A DNA stretch of 64,000 nucleotides from Hydrolagus affinis (lineage: Eukaryota), in NCBI GenBank assembly GCA_012026655.1, contig JAAILG010000082.1, positions 62,001 through 126,000 of the forward strand. The letters are read 5' to 3'. A program made the translations under genes and the position numbers. The notes beneath the pieces are model-generated. The model made no database searches and was not told the DNA's origin. It was given only the letters and a program-made list of their open reading frames with translations. Every line of letters starts with the position of its first letter. Position 1 is the stretch's first letter. This document shows, in pieces, positions 52,651 through 64,000 of this stretch.

Positions 52651-53599
52651 ACTCTTGTCACGGTATTTATTTCTCATCTAAAATTTCCTTTGTATAGGTG
52701 TGAATGCACTCAGTCTGCTGTCACCATCGAGGTAGGTCGATTTATCAGAGTATCATCCCCATCACTGTAAAGCTCAGCTGTAATATTCTTGGCTTCCCGT
52801 TCAGTTTCTCCTCCCTCTTCATACCTTTCTATCAGTGTGTTCAGGATGATTCTGCACCATGCGCTCTACACAGCACATTCCTTGATGCACGCAGTCTCGG
52901 GCAAGTTCTGTAATCTCGTCCCTGTGAGTTTAAAAATAAGCCACTCAAATGCAATTTTAAAGGTAAAATATTTATGCCGTGAAGCAAAATTATACGCGTA
53001 AAAAGTTGTACTGCAGCTGCAAATTGGTGCCACTCTGTGAACAGAGCCACATCAACAAATCCATTACATAGAGCAGATTAATGGTTTTTGATTCTCATTG
53101 CTCTCTTGAGTTTTCTTTCTCTCTCTCTGCTCCCACCCTCTTCTGCTCTTTTGTCTATGCTTTTTGCATTCACTCCTGTGATTCAATTATACTGGTTTAA
53201 AAGTTACTACAAATTCTTCTGTTAGATCATGATGCCAGAGGATGTGGACAAGAAGCACATATGAAACAATATTCACCCATGCTAACTTATATTTAGTAAG
53301 AACATTTCCTCTGTAGGCGTAAAATCATAGCTACTGAATCACCTTTGCATTTCTTGGTGGATTATTTTGATAGGATTACTGTGCAAGTGTTATTTTGGCT
53401 ATCTCCTTCTCTTACTGTTTATATGGATTTATGGTTGAAACAGTGCCAGTGGAATGCTGCTTGCTTGCTTGCACCAAACAAACACAGCATGTATACTTTC
53501 GCCCACAAGTACACAGTCGGCTTTCCTGCTCTCCTTCCCCCTGTCCTGACCCCTCCCCTTGACATCTTTTGCCCCCATTTCCCTTAATCCCACTTCCAA

Positions 53600-53785
53600 G
53601 ACTGTTTGTGGGATACTGCTGTGCGCAATTTGGCTGCTGCGTTTCCCCCACAAATATACAGTCAATTTTCCTACTCTCGTTCTCCCTACCTTTGGGATGT
53701 TGTTGTATTCTGTGAAGCGCTTTGAGACGTCGATAAGATGTGGAAAGCGCTATATAAACGTAAGCATTATATTATTATATTATTA
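53600..53785 (+). mobile_element. 5'-truncated SINE with a short internal insertion
   Basis: gactgtttgtgggatactgctgtgcgcaa core and standard tail, with ~35 nt of unrelated sequence between. Confidence 0.85.
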
Positions 53786-54336
53786 TGGTCTCTGCACATA
53801 GTAGAAAAATGGCCTTTGAAACCACGCAAGATTCTCAAGAAAAGTGTGCAATCTCGCACGACTCATCTACAAATCACGGCAAGCACTTCAAATCCCAAAT
53901 GTTATCATGAGCCAAGGACTGAAGTACCACCCTGAAACGCCCAGGAGATAACTTGGGACACATGGCAGGGGACTTGATCTCACAAACTTCTGACCCAGGG
54001 ATGAGAGAGTTACCAGGTGAGCCTAACTGAACTAGCCACTCAGTGCACCATTTTGACTGGCTTTCAAACACATTCCATTTCACAACTCACCGGGCGATGG
54101 CCAACACTGTGCAGGAAATGCCAGTCACCTTGATACATCAAGCTTATACAATATAATTTACATTGTGCCTTTCACATCCGGAGGATGTCCCAAAGCGTTT
54201 GACACTGCTGGCTGGGCGGGCAGCCAAACTGGGTATTAGTGAAAAGCTTATAATGTACTGTTTTTATTTGGGGTTGTGGGAATGTATTTGGTGCAGTAAG
54301 TCCGTTGGTTCTGATAGAAAGTTATCCTAATTTCTG

Positions 54337-54455
54337 ATAATAATAACCATAATAATCTTGGCGTTTGATATAGCTGCTTGTCATGTCATTAAGACATCTC
54401 AAAGGGCTTTCAAGAGCATACTGTAAGGTGGGTTGACTGTATACTTTGTGGGTGA
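54337..54455 (-). mobile_element. SINE tail fragment
   Basis: aataatcttggcgtttgatatagc..gacatctcaaag..ttgactgtata. Confidence 0.75.
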
Positions 54456-55619
54456 TGTGCATAATGTGGATGGGGAATCTCCAGATTTTCAGATAGATCA
54501 CCAAATGATAATTTACACAAAGTGAGGTCCCAGGCCAATGAATGTGTGCAGAAATATGATTACTGATGGAAAGTGCTGCACTGTTCCAGTCGAGCAAAGA
54601 GGGACTGTTTGCCAATGGTACAATTAATGCAAGAGTAGGACTGGAGCAAAGAGCAACATGAATAGATAGATGTGGGACTGTGATATACTGCAGGGAGAAT
54701 GTGCAGATTCAATTTGTTGAGTCAGAAATGACATTAATGAGTCTGTGCTTTAAAACAGTCTCTTGAATGCTGCTCCTTTTTTTCTCTTTGGATACTACAT
54801 GCTGGCTATGGCGTACAGGAGTGGCAACACTCGAGATTTAGTCCTCCACGGCTTACTAATTAAGTAGCATTATCTTCAGTCCTCTGCTGAAGGAGAGAGA
54901 GAAAAACTACTGGTCACTGAAGATTCTACACAGCACTTGCGTTCTGGTAAAGCACCAGAATAATAGCATTCTCCTAGTGTCACATGTCATTTTTCAAGGA
55001 CATCCCTTCAGTAACACCTAGGACTAAATGATGGATTTCTGTTTTGGGGGCACATTTCACCTTAAGACACTGTTGAATTAGTTGGTTTTTTTTTTTAAAC
55101 GAAAACCTCTGAAGTACTAAATCTATAAAGGGAGAATTAACGACTATTTAGTCATATGTCGTACCATCAACATTTCCGGCTCTTGCATCATGATGTAGTT
55201 TACTCGCTGCTGCGAGGCAGGACCTTTGAAGTGTTCTGGTCTTACATTCCAGAGAGAGGAAAGTGATGGGATATTATTAACTGGAGGACAGAAGGTGTAG
55301 AAATCGGATTCACTAACCGGCGAGTTGCAGTAGCATTGCACAAATTGCAGATTTAACTACGTGATGTATTGCAGCCGGGGGCATTAGCAGAACATCCCTG
55401 CCTTGCACCCAAGAGTCCAACAATCCAGAAGAAGATTTCTCAAACTAAAAATCCACACATCAACTCAACACACTTTTTCTGAAGGAACGGAAATCTACTG
55501 GTCTGACATAATCCAAAGAATTCACATCACCACTCAGTAACGGAAACCTGATTCAGAAATCATGCAAAAGGATCAGAAGCAAAGGCGGTTCTTTCAAGCC
55601 TCGTTTGGCTATCACAAAC

Positions 55620-55730
55620 CTTTGCCCACAAACGTACAGTCAACTCACTTTCAAAGTATATGCTGTGAAGCGCTTTGAGACATCTAGAAGACACGAAAAA
55701 CACCATATCAAAGGCAAGGATTATTATTAC
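55620..55730 (+). mobile_element. SINE tail fragment
   Basis: gcccacaaacgtacagtcaa..tgtgaagcgctttgagacatctagaagac..caaggattattatta. Confidence 0.82.
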
Positions 55731-56370
55731 TCACTGCCACGAGTCCTTGCGGGTGTGAAGTTGGATTGAGATGTCACTACTTTGCTGCAATTGTATGAGT
55801 CATGTGTGTTAAAACTTCTAGTTAGTTCCTTTCATTGTCAGCCACTTCATTCACACAGTTATATTATGTAACTATAAAATGTTACAAACTGTGCAGGAGA
55901 ATTAAACAAGCCTTGCAAACAAAATAAAAGTTGAGTCAGTGCCCAGAGACTATCATAAATATAGATTTGTTGTAGTGAAACAAGATTAGGCATCCCCAAA
56001 TAGCCTTGTACTGATGAAAAATGATGTCGCCTTACTATAAAAATACTATATTTTGACTGTTTGATTGGGAAATTAGTCCTAAAAGGTTTGCTTTTTTTGT
56101 CTTCCCACTGAAATTCTAATATTACAATGCAAGGATCCGTAAATGTTTTTTTCTGGGCTGCATTCCAGGGACGACACTGATGACAGAAAGCGCCTGCTGG
56201 GATTTTCTATCTCTTAGACATTAATGGATCTGTTAATTCTCATTTGGAGAGATGAAAAAAGACTTATGGAATGCCAAATCACACCAACATTGACATGCCC
56301 TTTCTGTGGAGAAGCAACCCATATTAAAGTGATTAATGAATGCTCCAATTGTATCTGAGCAAACTAAACT

Positions 56371-56398
56371 ACACACACACACACACACACACACACAC
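56371..56398 (+). repeat. (AC)14 microsatellite (UG repeat in the BRSK2 pre-mRNA)
   Basis: Seen directly. Confidence 0.95.
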
Positions 56399-56951
56399 TT
56401 ACGTCACTGGGCAATCGAGCTCCCAACGGGGAAACGTTTATTAGTTCTGTACTCCCTATAGTGAGCAAAAGAAATGGGTCTGGAGAGCAACAAAGAATTT
56501 AATCATGTTGCAGAAGAAGACAGAGCACCATTCTAGCCTAGTCTTCATATTTTAACATACTTTATGAGCTGGCATTGCAGTAAAGTCATCTATGCCTTCA
56601 CTTGCATTCTTGAAACCTTTAGTGCTACCTATTAAAATAGAGGGAGAAACTTTGTGTAAACACGATCCAATTTATACACTGCAATTAATTTTTTGTGTGC
56701 GTGTTCAACAAGGTCAATTCTTCATTAACGTCAAGCACTCCCAGTTGGTTCAATACGATTAGAGTAAAGATTTTCTTGCTCCGTCCCACCAAGAATACCA
56801 TAGCGGTCTGTGATGTTATCAATTTAATGGCAATTACTGCCGAATTCTGTGCTGTGACAGGTTACCACAATGAAGTGGATGCAGACCATTCACTCTAATT
56901 TCTCACAGGGCTCTCACAGCTTCACAGTTCCATTCCAACATCTGGTCTGCA

Positions 56952-57016
56952 TTCAGCGCTTTGGGACGTCCTCCCGACGTGAAAGGTGCTGTACAAATGT
57001 AATTTTTGTTGTTATT
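56952..57016 (+). mobile_element. L2-type 3' tail mini-element
   Basis: ttcagcgctttgggacgtcctcccgacgtgaaaggtgctgtacaaatgtaatttttgttgtt. Confidence 0.78.
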
Positions 57017-58059
57017 ACATTCACATCTGGATCTCAAGAACAGAAAGCACAGGGTTGCGTGCCACTGGGTCAATCAGTCTGCCTGTTAAGTATAATGACA
57101 ATGATGTGGCATGGTAGATTGGGTGTTTGAGTTATAAGGCTGGGTACTTTCCTCCACATCGGGAAAAAGGCATACAGCATACAGCTTTTTAATGGGTGTG
57201 TTTAGTTGCAATCTGTGGAATGATAATATAAGTGGATTTCCAGCCATGTATGTTCACTACAATTAAATCCTGGTCAAATTACACTGGAGTGAAGACATTG
57301 GTTGACTGCAATGTCATCAGGCTCCAAATGCATTTTTTGGTGATTTTATCTTTTTATTTGCATGCGTTCAACCAACAGATAGTGACACACTTGAACAGCA
57401 AAATGCTGGATTTTATAATCACTCACATAAAGGCCTGAAATAGCTCCTTAGCAACCAGGCAAGGGCTGAAATAACTCTTACTTTCCAGAGGAAAGTATTG
57501 GTGTCACTTAATCAATAGTTGACGCAAGTCGATCCATTCAGTGATGGGGAGCCAGCGGAGCCTGGTCAGAACTAGTGAGATGAGAGTATGGAGTTTGGTC
57601 CAGGTAAATACGCGGGCTGCAAAGTTCTGAAATTAGTATTGAGGTGGCTGTTTCACAAAGTATCAATGACCAGAGGCACTAATGTCCAGCCAGCAAGATC
57701 TCATTCTACAAGCAGTAACACTTATTGCACTGATCATAGTTTTTAAGTGTCTCCAATGGGCTAAGTGGTTGCACAATAGCCCAACAGTTACAATCTATAA
57801 TCAAAAAAGGCTATATTTGCCTAATAATTGTTAACATATATTATATACACACATATAGAGATACATATACACATATTAAAAACCTCAAGGGGCAGATTGA
57901 TCAAAAAGCAATAGAAATCTGTCGGGACATTAACACCAGCAGAGAGAAATAGAAGTCTAGATTCCATTCCCAATCTTGGAATAAAGGGTTTTCTAGTCTA
58001 TATAAACTCTATTTAAATGCACGATTTCCCCAGTTCCATTGACAAAGTGTGTGGCAAAT

Positions 58060-58182
58060 GGTATGGACCAGCCAGTTGGTGCCAATAGTATTGAACTGGT
58101 TAATGGTAGAGGCACTGAACCAGCCAATGCCGATAGTATCGAAATCAGTTAATGGAAAAGGTATTGAATCGGCCAGTGGCAC
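58060..58182 (+). repeat. Degenerate minisatellite, ~49-bp unit, ~2.5 copies
   Basis: accagcca..tgccaatagtattgaactggttaatgg repeated as accagccaatgccgatagtatcgaaatcagttaatgg, then a partial third copy. Confidence 0.7.
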
Positions 58183-58699
58183 TTCTCCTAAAACCTAGGT
58201 TGTTGTTAATCAAAATCTTCTTTGGTTTTAATATTTTATGTCACTATTCAGAAAATACCTCTTTAGTACACTGGTTAAAATCTTTATAGACCATTTAAAT
58301 GACTGTTGGTTGTAAAAGTCTGTATTTTATGACTCCCCCAAGGTTGTATTGCCTATAATAGATGGAAAATGATTAAGACTCTCTCAGCAAACTTTAGTAA
58401 CATTTGTAATGGTGCAATTGCTCCAATCATTGTGCTTTGGTGTACAAATTACATTACTTAATGCGCTGTGGTCTGACACTGATGGAAATTATTCACTATT
58501 ATACAGAGAGTAAGACAAAACTGGATGTTTATTATGAAATAAGAAACTCTCAAAGGTTTCCTTACATGGTTGGATGTGCCATACTTTGGATGAGACATTT
58601 AATGGAGATCTGTTTTGGTAGTTCAGGTACAAGTTATAAGATCCCATTGCACCACACCACAAGTATTTTGAAGAACAGCAGACATTTCTTGAAACAGTA

Positions 58700-58880
58700 G
58701 CCCACAAAATACAGTGAATTCACGTTTCCAATATATTCTGCGAAGCACTTTGAGATGTCTCAATGATGTGATAAGTCACTATATCAATTGCATGATTATT
58801 ATTAATAATAATCCTTGCATTTGATACAGCACCATATCAAAGTCACCAAGGCATCTCAAAGTGCTTCCTAGGATTTACTG
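58700..58880. mobile_element. Two SINE tails joined tail-to-tail
   Basis: A plus-strand tail ending gattattatt runs directly into aataataatccttgcatttgata of a minus-strand tail. Confidence 0.8.
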
Positions 58881-59282
58881 GAGAGTAGTGACAGAGTGTA
58901 TGTTGGCGAAGAGTCATGGAAGAGTCACGAGTTGTAACAGTAATTTATAAAACTTGATGCTTTCTGTCTGCTCTGTTTGTCTCACAACTAATAATGTTGG
59001 ATATGATAAAAATGCAAGTCACAGCAAAACAGCAGCATTTCACTTCGCATCTTTGCATTGCTGTGAAAAACAATCAATTTAATTTAACTTTCCTCTTGAA
59101 GTTTCAAATCCAGTTAGTAACCATACCAGATATCCCAGTCGTGATAAAACATCATCATGAAGATGAGATAAAAGTAAAAAGAAGAAGCACTGCTGAAATT
59201 AAGGACAAGAAAGCTGTCAAAATGATTCACTTTGGGCAAGTACTCAAGTTTTATCTTACTCTGTCAGAGATTTTCCAATTTC

Positions 59283-59525
59283 CCCATATTCAGATGAGAC
59301 ATTAAACAGAGGTCCCTTCTCTCGATTCACATGAATGTTAAAGATCCTGGTGATGGAAAACAGAAGGGGGTATTTCCCCCAGTGTCCTGACCAACAAACA
59401 ATCATAGAGGTGAATTGGTCATTCAAACCATAACTATTTGTGGGACATGATGTGTGTAAATTGGCTGCTGAGTTTACCTACAAATATACAGTCATTGCGT
59501 TTGGCAGTAATTGCCCGTGAAGCTT
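59283..59525 (+). mobile_element. Older Deu-domain SINE fragment
   Basis: ttcagatgagacattaaacagaggtccc..atgttaaagatcc..tttgtgggaca..aaattggctgctg. Confidence 0.72.
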
Positions 59526-59916
59526 TTTTGTAAAGAAAAGACATTTTGACATTACAGACATTACTGTGTCAAATGAAACAAGTAAATTTAAGGCAAATAA
59601 ATGGTTGGAGACAATAGGTGAGATTCTGTAATCATCCTTCATAGTCAATCATGTCTGTTTGGTTTTTGGCTTGTACGTGTCCTGATCTTGGCTGTGAGTT
59701 TACAATAGGAAAACCAATGTATATAGGTAACTGCTAAGATATGTTAAAATTAGCAGCCATCAGAGAAAACTCCAACTATTGCACTAAAGCAATTAGGTTG
59801 ATATGTTGGGTTTAGTTGGGCACCCATAATTTTTAAAAAAAATTGTCAGTAAAGTAGTGCGCAAATGTTCCAATGCTTTTAGAGCCCTATGTTAATGCAG
59901 ACATTAATAGTTTGGG

Positions 59917-60146
59917 AACAAAAACAGAAATAGCTGGGAAACACTCAGCAGGTCAGGCAGCATCCATGGAGCAAATAAAGTGAGTCAATAACTTGGGTCC
60001 ATGACCCTTGATCAGAACTCTATTCGTGGACCTGAAATGTTGACTCACTTTCCTTTCTTTCCCCATTGATGCTGCCTGATCTGCTGAGTGTTCCCAGTGA
60101 TTTGTTTTTGTTTTAGACTTCCAGCATCTGCAGTATTTTACTTTTT
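59917..60146. mobile_element. Palindromic Penelope-like-derived element, second copy, in opposite orientation to 3211-3400
   Basis: Arms ctgggaaacactcagcaggtcaggcagcatc and gatgctgcctgatctgctgagtgttcccag; hammerhead-like core on the minus strand. Confidence 0.65.
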
Positions 60147-60754
60147 GTTAATAGTTTTGATCCTAGAACCACCAAACAATCTAGTTTTCCCCCACTGTAT
60201 AAAGTGTAAAAAAAATATTCCTGGGTCATGGCAACTGTTTTTAGATGTTTATGATAAATTCTATTTCTTGTGGGATTTGGTATTTACAATGTAACCCTTG
60301 CATTTGTTGTAGCACCTCATCATGTCTTCGAGACATCTCAGTACTTTCTGTACAAGTCTTTGAAATGGTTATTATTTGGACACTTGAAGATAAAGACAAA
60401 TGCTGTGAGTGGTGACATTGCGCCACCATTTTTTTTCAGTGTCAGATTTCTCCAGTGAGGAAACTTGTAGGAACAGCGGTTATACTTTTTGGTGGGTTGA
60501 GGCTTTACTACTTAATTGGTGCCATATCAGATAGAGCCACAGGGCAGACTGGCTTGTGTTACAGTGCTTTGCTCGCTCATCAACTGTGTGTGGATGGGGG
60601 GGGGGGGGGGAATTTCCAACCCTCAATAACTCAAAGTGGAATCTCTGAAACCTTGAAAAGGAGCAAGTTCAATTGTATTAATGAATGACCCATGAGAACA
60701 TTTTCCGAACAGCTCTGTGGGTATAAACATATCAGTTACCGCTTTCTAAAACTT

Positions 60755-61091
60755 AATAAGAATAATCTTGCTTTTGATATAGCGCCTTATTATGTCATTG
60801 AGACATCTGAAAGCTCTTTACAGAATATATTGTATTGACTGTGTATTTCTAGGTGAAACGCAGCAACCAATTGTGCACAGCAGTGTCCCACAAAGAACCG
60901 TATATTGAGGGATTATTACACTTGGAAGGCAATCTGCCTGTCGACTAACAATCCTGTTCTTACTTACTGCTAGGTAAACAGAGGTGTGCGGAGAAAGGAA
61001 ACATGCCTAATGTTTCACCCTGCCTGGGAATTAAACCCGGGATTAACTTGCTTGCCAGGCGAACACGCTAACCACTATGCTACAGCACTCC
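60755..61091 (-). mobile_element. Full-length tRNA/Deu SINE with a ~70-bp internal insertion
   Basis: Head, core and tail present; extra sequence at about 60915-60985. Confidence 0.88.
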
Positions 61092-62125
61092 TTCAACATA
61101 AATACTAAACCCAAGGAGAAAACAAAAGCTATGAGTCATAATTTTATTCTTTAAAAGTATTCCCTCAAGCATGTGGGGGGAAAAAAACTTGGGAAAACTT
61201 GATGAATATTTGAGCAGCACAGTGGAATCCTTAAGCTCCATTTCTGCCTTCGGTGCAACAGCAGATGGCTTTGATGGTCATTTAAGAGCGGCACATTCAA
61301 TCATAATAACACTAATATTTTCTGGTGACGCCAATGAAAAAAAAACTTCAGTAATAAATTTAAATGATGAATTTCTCTTCCCGGATAAATTGTATTTTAA
61401 TGCAAATCTCACTTGATGAACAATGTGCACTCCTTGAACAAGATGCTTAAACAACTCCAACTGCAACGTTCACTGCTTGCGTACTGGCAAGCTGTAGAAC
61501 CACATGAATCTGGTTGTCGGAAGTCGTACTATTTCCACTTTGCAACGAATAAAAAAACCTCAAAAAAGTTAAAAACGAATGACTTTTCATTTAACATTCT
61601 TCCCTTTCCATCACGAGGCACAATAAATAGGTCAGAAAACAACTGAACGTCCCCCTAAGCGTCAAGCCAGGCTCTGCCACTGTTAAGCGCTCTGGGACAC
61701 TGCCTCATGAAGGTTGTTGTTGTTATTGTTGTTACACAGTTACACAATTCTGTAATTGCTGTCCAGCAATGACCCAAACTGCTCCAACTTAAAATCCACC
61801 ACACAATATCACGAGTGAGGATTCACACTGGAAATTGTAGGACCAGATTTACTTGAAAGGTTCAAACATCCCTTTTCTGATCCTGTGACATTGCCTCAAA
61901 TGTAATGGGAAATTACTGCAAATGCACTGAAGCATTACTGTGCAATTGTTAGGTTTCTGACAGCCTTGTGGTTAACACAATGACAATGTATATAAATATG
62001 GAGTGAAAACACAGATTATGAGCAAGGTGCAAGCAAGTCTATGCTAATAAGACTACAAGCATGTAAATAAGACACTATTTAGTATACTGCTTCAGAATCT
62101 GAAATGTATTGGTTTGAACTGATTT

Positions 62126-62183
62126 AAGCGCTCTGAGAAGTTGCCCTGCCTGAAAGGCGCTATATAAACACAATTTGTTATTG
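62126..62183 (+). mobile_element. L2-type tail mini-element (diverged)
   Basis: aagcgctctgag..tgaaaggcgctatataaacacaatttgttattg. Confidence 0.6.
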
Positions 62184-63693
62184 CACTGTGTAAATTATGA
62201 GCTTCGTAAAATACACTCAGACGATACTGCAATAGTCAAATAAAGATTTACATCAGAAATACCATGAACAGCCATAGTTCTATAAACAAGAATTCAATGA
62301 GAACATGTTATAGCTTTTCTCCAGGTGGGAAGGAGCAGGGAATTATTGCATTCTCTCTCACTCTCCAAGTACTCCATCAATGGTGCTTCAAAGACTTTCA
62401 GCGCAAAGTGTAATTTATCAGATGAAATGTGCATGCTCATGTTTTCCTCATTCTATCTAGTAACTGACCTCAGTGTACATGAGCAAGGAGGGGTGGGGAG
62501 GGAACAGTGGGAGCAAAGGGTTAGTGGGGGGTTTAACATAGCAGCGTTTACAGAGATATTCAACATACTGTTGTGGGTCCAGTGGGTCTGCCTGCTTTCC
62601 TGAATAAAGTACGACAAAAGACGCGCTAATATATTCAGAGTTTCCTTTCTCAAATAAGTAATTTCAGATAAATCAAACAAAACCCGCGTCACATGGAACA
62701 GTACCAGTACTGATGCTCTTAGGCATTAACACAGACTGGATCAAATCCTGTAGATGAAGTAGCACATATAGGCTGTTGAAATGGTGGCAGTTACAATGAG
62801 ATGAACTGTCACACTCTATTGAATCCTTAATTGGACCAAATGTTGAACATTTAAAGTTAGCATCAGTGTTTCCCATGGCAGAACGAAATGTCAAAAGTAA
62901 TACGAGTTGACGCATTTGTCTCAAATCCAGTGCGACCTTTTGTTTCACAACTGGCAATTGAATGGCATTCAAAAGAGTCAGCTATCGATCACCTGGCATA
63001 CTTGAGGCTGCGATGGTCATTCACAAGCTCATCAATTTCAATTTAACCTCAGGGCCAAGGTTCAAACGGTTGAAATGACATTATTTCAAAGAACAGTAGA
63101 GTGGGCATTCATTTATTTTGCCTATACTGATTAGAATTACAGTACAGTACGTGGAAAGTAATTACTGGTCTGGTAAATTACAGCTGTATAGATAGGGTCT
63201 TCAGTAGGTTGAAATCTACTGAAGACCACATCTATACAATTTAGTTTCTATGGTTTAGTTTTTTTATTTCCCACCCCCTTTCCAACATGCTGTTGACATC
63301 CATAAAGAATGTCCACATGGTTGAGGCCAAACAGTATTCGCCATCAATGAAACAATACTCCAGCATAGGTCAGTGCCTTGAAAGAAAGGAATAAAAAATT
63401 CAATAGCTTCGTACAATTGGAGAAAATAACCAGCATTGTATCAGAGTAAGCTGGCTGCACCAATGAAGGTGCCCATTGTGCATGTGTGAGTAGGTTTCTA
63501 ACCATTGTGAGCTCTTTTGGGGTTTGACGGCTTGAAAAAGAACCACCCTGACCCTGCGCCAGGACACACCTCAACACCCAAAAGCATGGATCCCTCCGAT
63601 TCATGAACCAAATATACACATACAACAACTTAACACTTTCAAGCTTATCACTCTCATTCCCCACCTTGTGCTGAGCTGACCTGTCCTGTTACA

Positions 63694-64000
63694 GGAGTCC
63701 TGTAGCTCAGTGGTTAGACTGCTTGCCTTACAAGCGAGAGATCTGGGTTTGATTCCCGGCAGAGGCGAAATCTTGGACAAGTTTCCTTACTCCACACACA
63801 CACACACACACACACCTGGTAATAATCCATCAATAAAACAATAATAAATTGTAATTTCTCAATCCACGACTGTTTGTGGGGACATTGCTGTGCGCAATTG
63901 GCTGCCACGTTTCGCCCTCAACTAAACAGTCAATTCACTTTACAGTATATTCTGTGAAGTGCTTTGAGACATCCAGAAGACGTGATAAGGCGCTGTATCA
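63694..64000 (+). mobile_element. tRNA/Deu SINE running to the window edge, with an internal (CA)n expansion
   Basis: ggagtcctgtagctcagtggttag head, ggtttgattcc B box, Deu core, tail; the normal ccacac is expanded to a CA repeat. Confidence 0.92.

Noticed and set aside
58060-58182. CRISPR-like repeat-spacer array
   Set aside because: Eukaryotic context, degenerate tandem units without unique spacers, and no cas genes.

Overview
AT-rich, repeat-rich vertebrate genomic DNA. The repeat families (tRNA-headed Deu-domain SINEs with L2-type tails, CR1 and L2 fragments, Penelope-type palindromes) suggest a cartilaginous fish, possibly a chimaera; this is inference. The window appears to lie inside a BRSK2 (SAD-A kinase) gene on the minus strand. 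Two kinase-domain exons are identifiable: 35871-35956 ([29 protein letters not shown]) and 19235-19375 ([46 protein letters not shown]). They have canonical splice sites and are separated by a ~16.5 kb intron. I could not find the flanking exons in the window. None of the supplied ORFs looks like a real gene. Points worth a second look: a GTAG|GT tandem donor whose +4 use makes an immediate stop; an inverted SINE pair around that exon; a near-consensus REST/RE1 site; candidate poison and micro-exons, one followed by a UG repeat; ~65-bp L2-tail stem-loop mini-elements; and two palindromic elements with degenerate hammerhead-ribozyme cores. All repeat names and boundaries were read by eye and are approximate. 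No database search was run.
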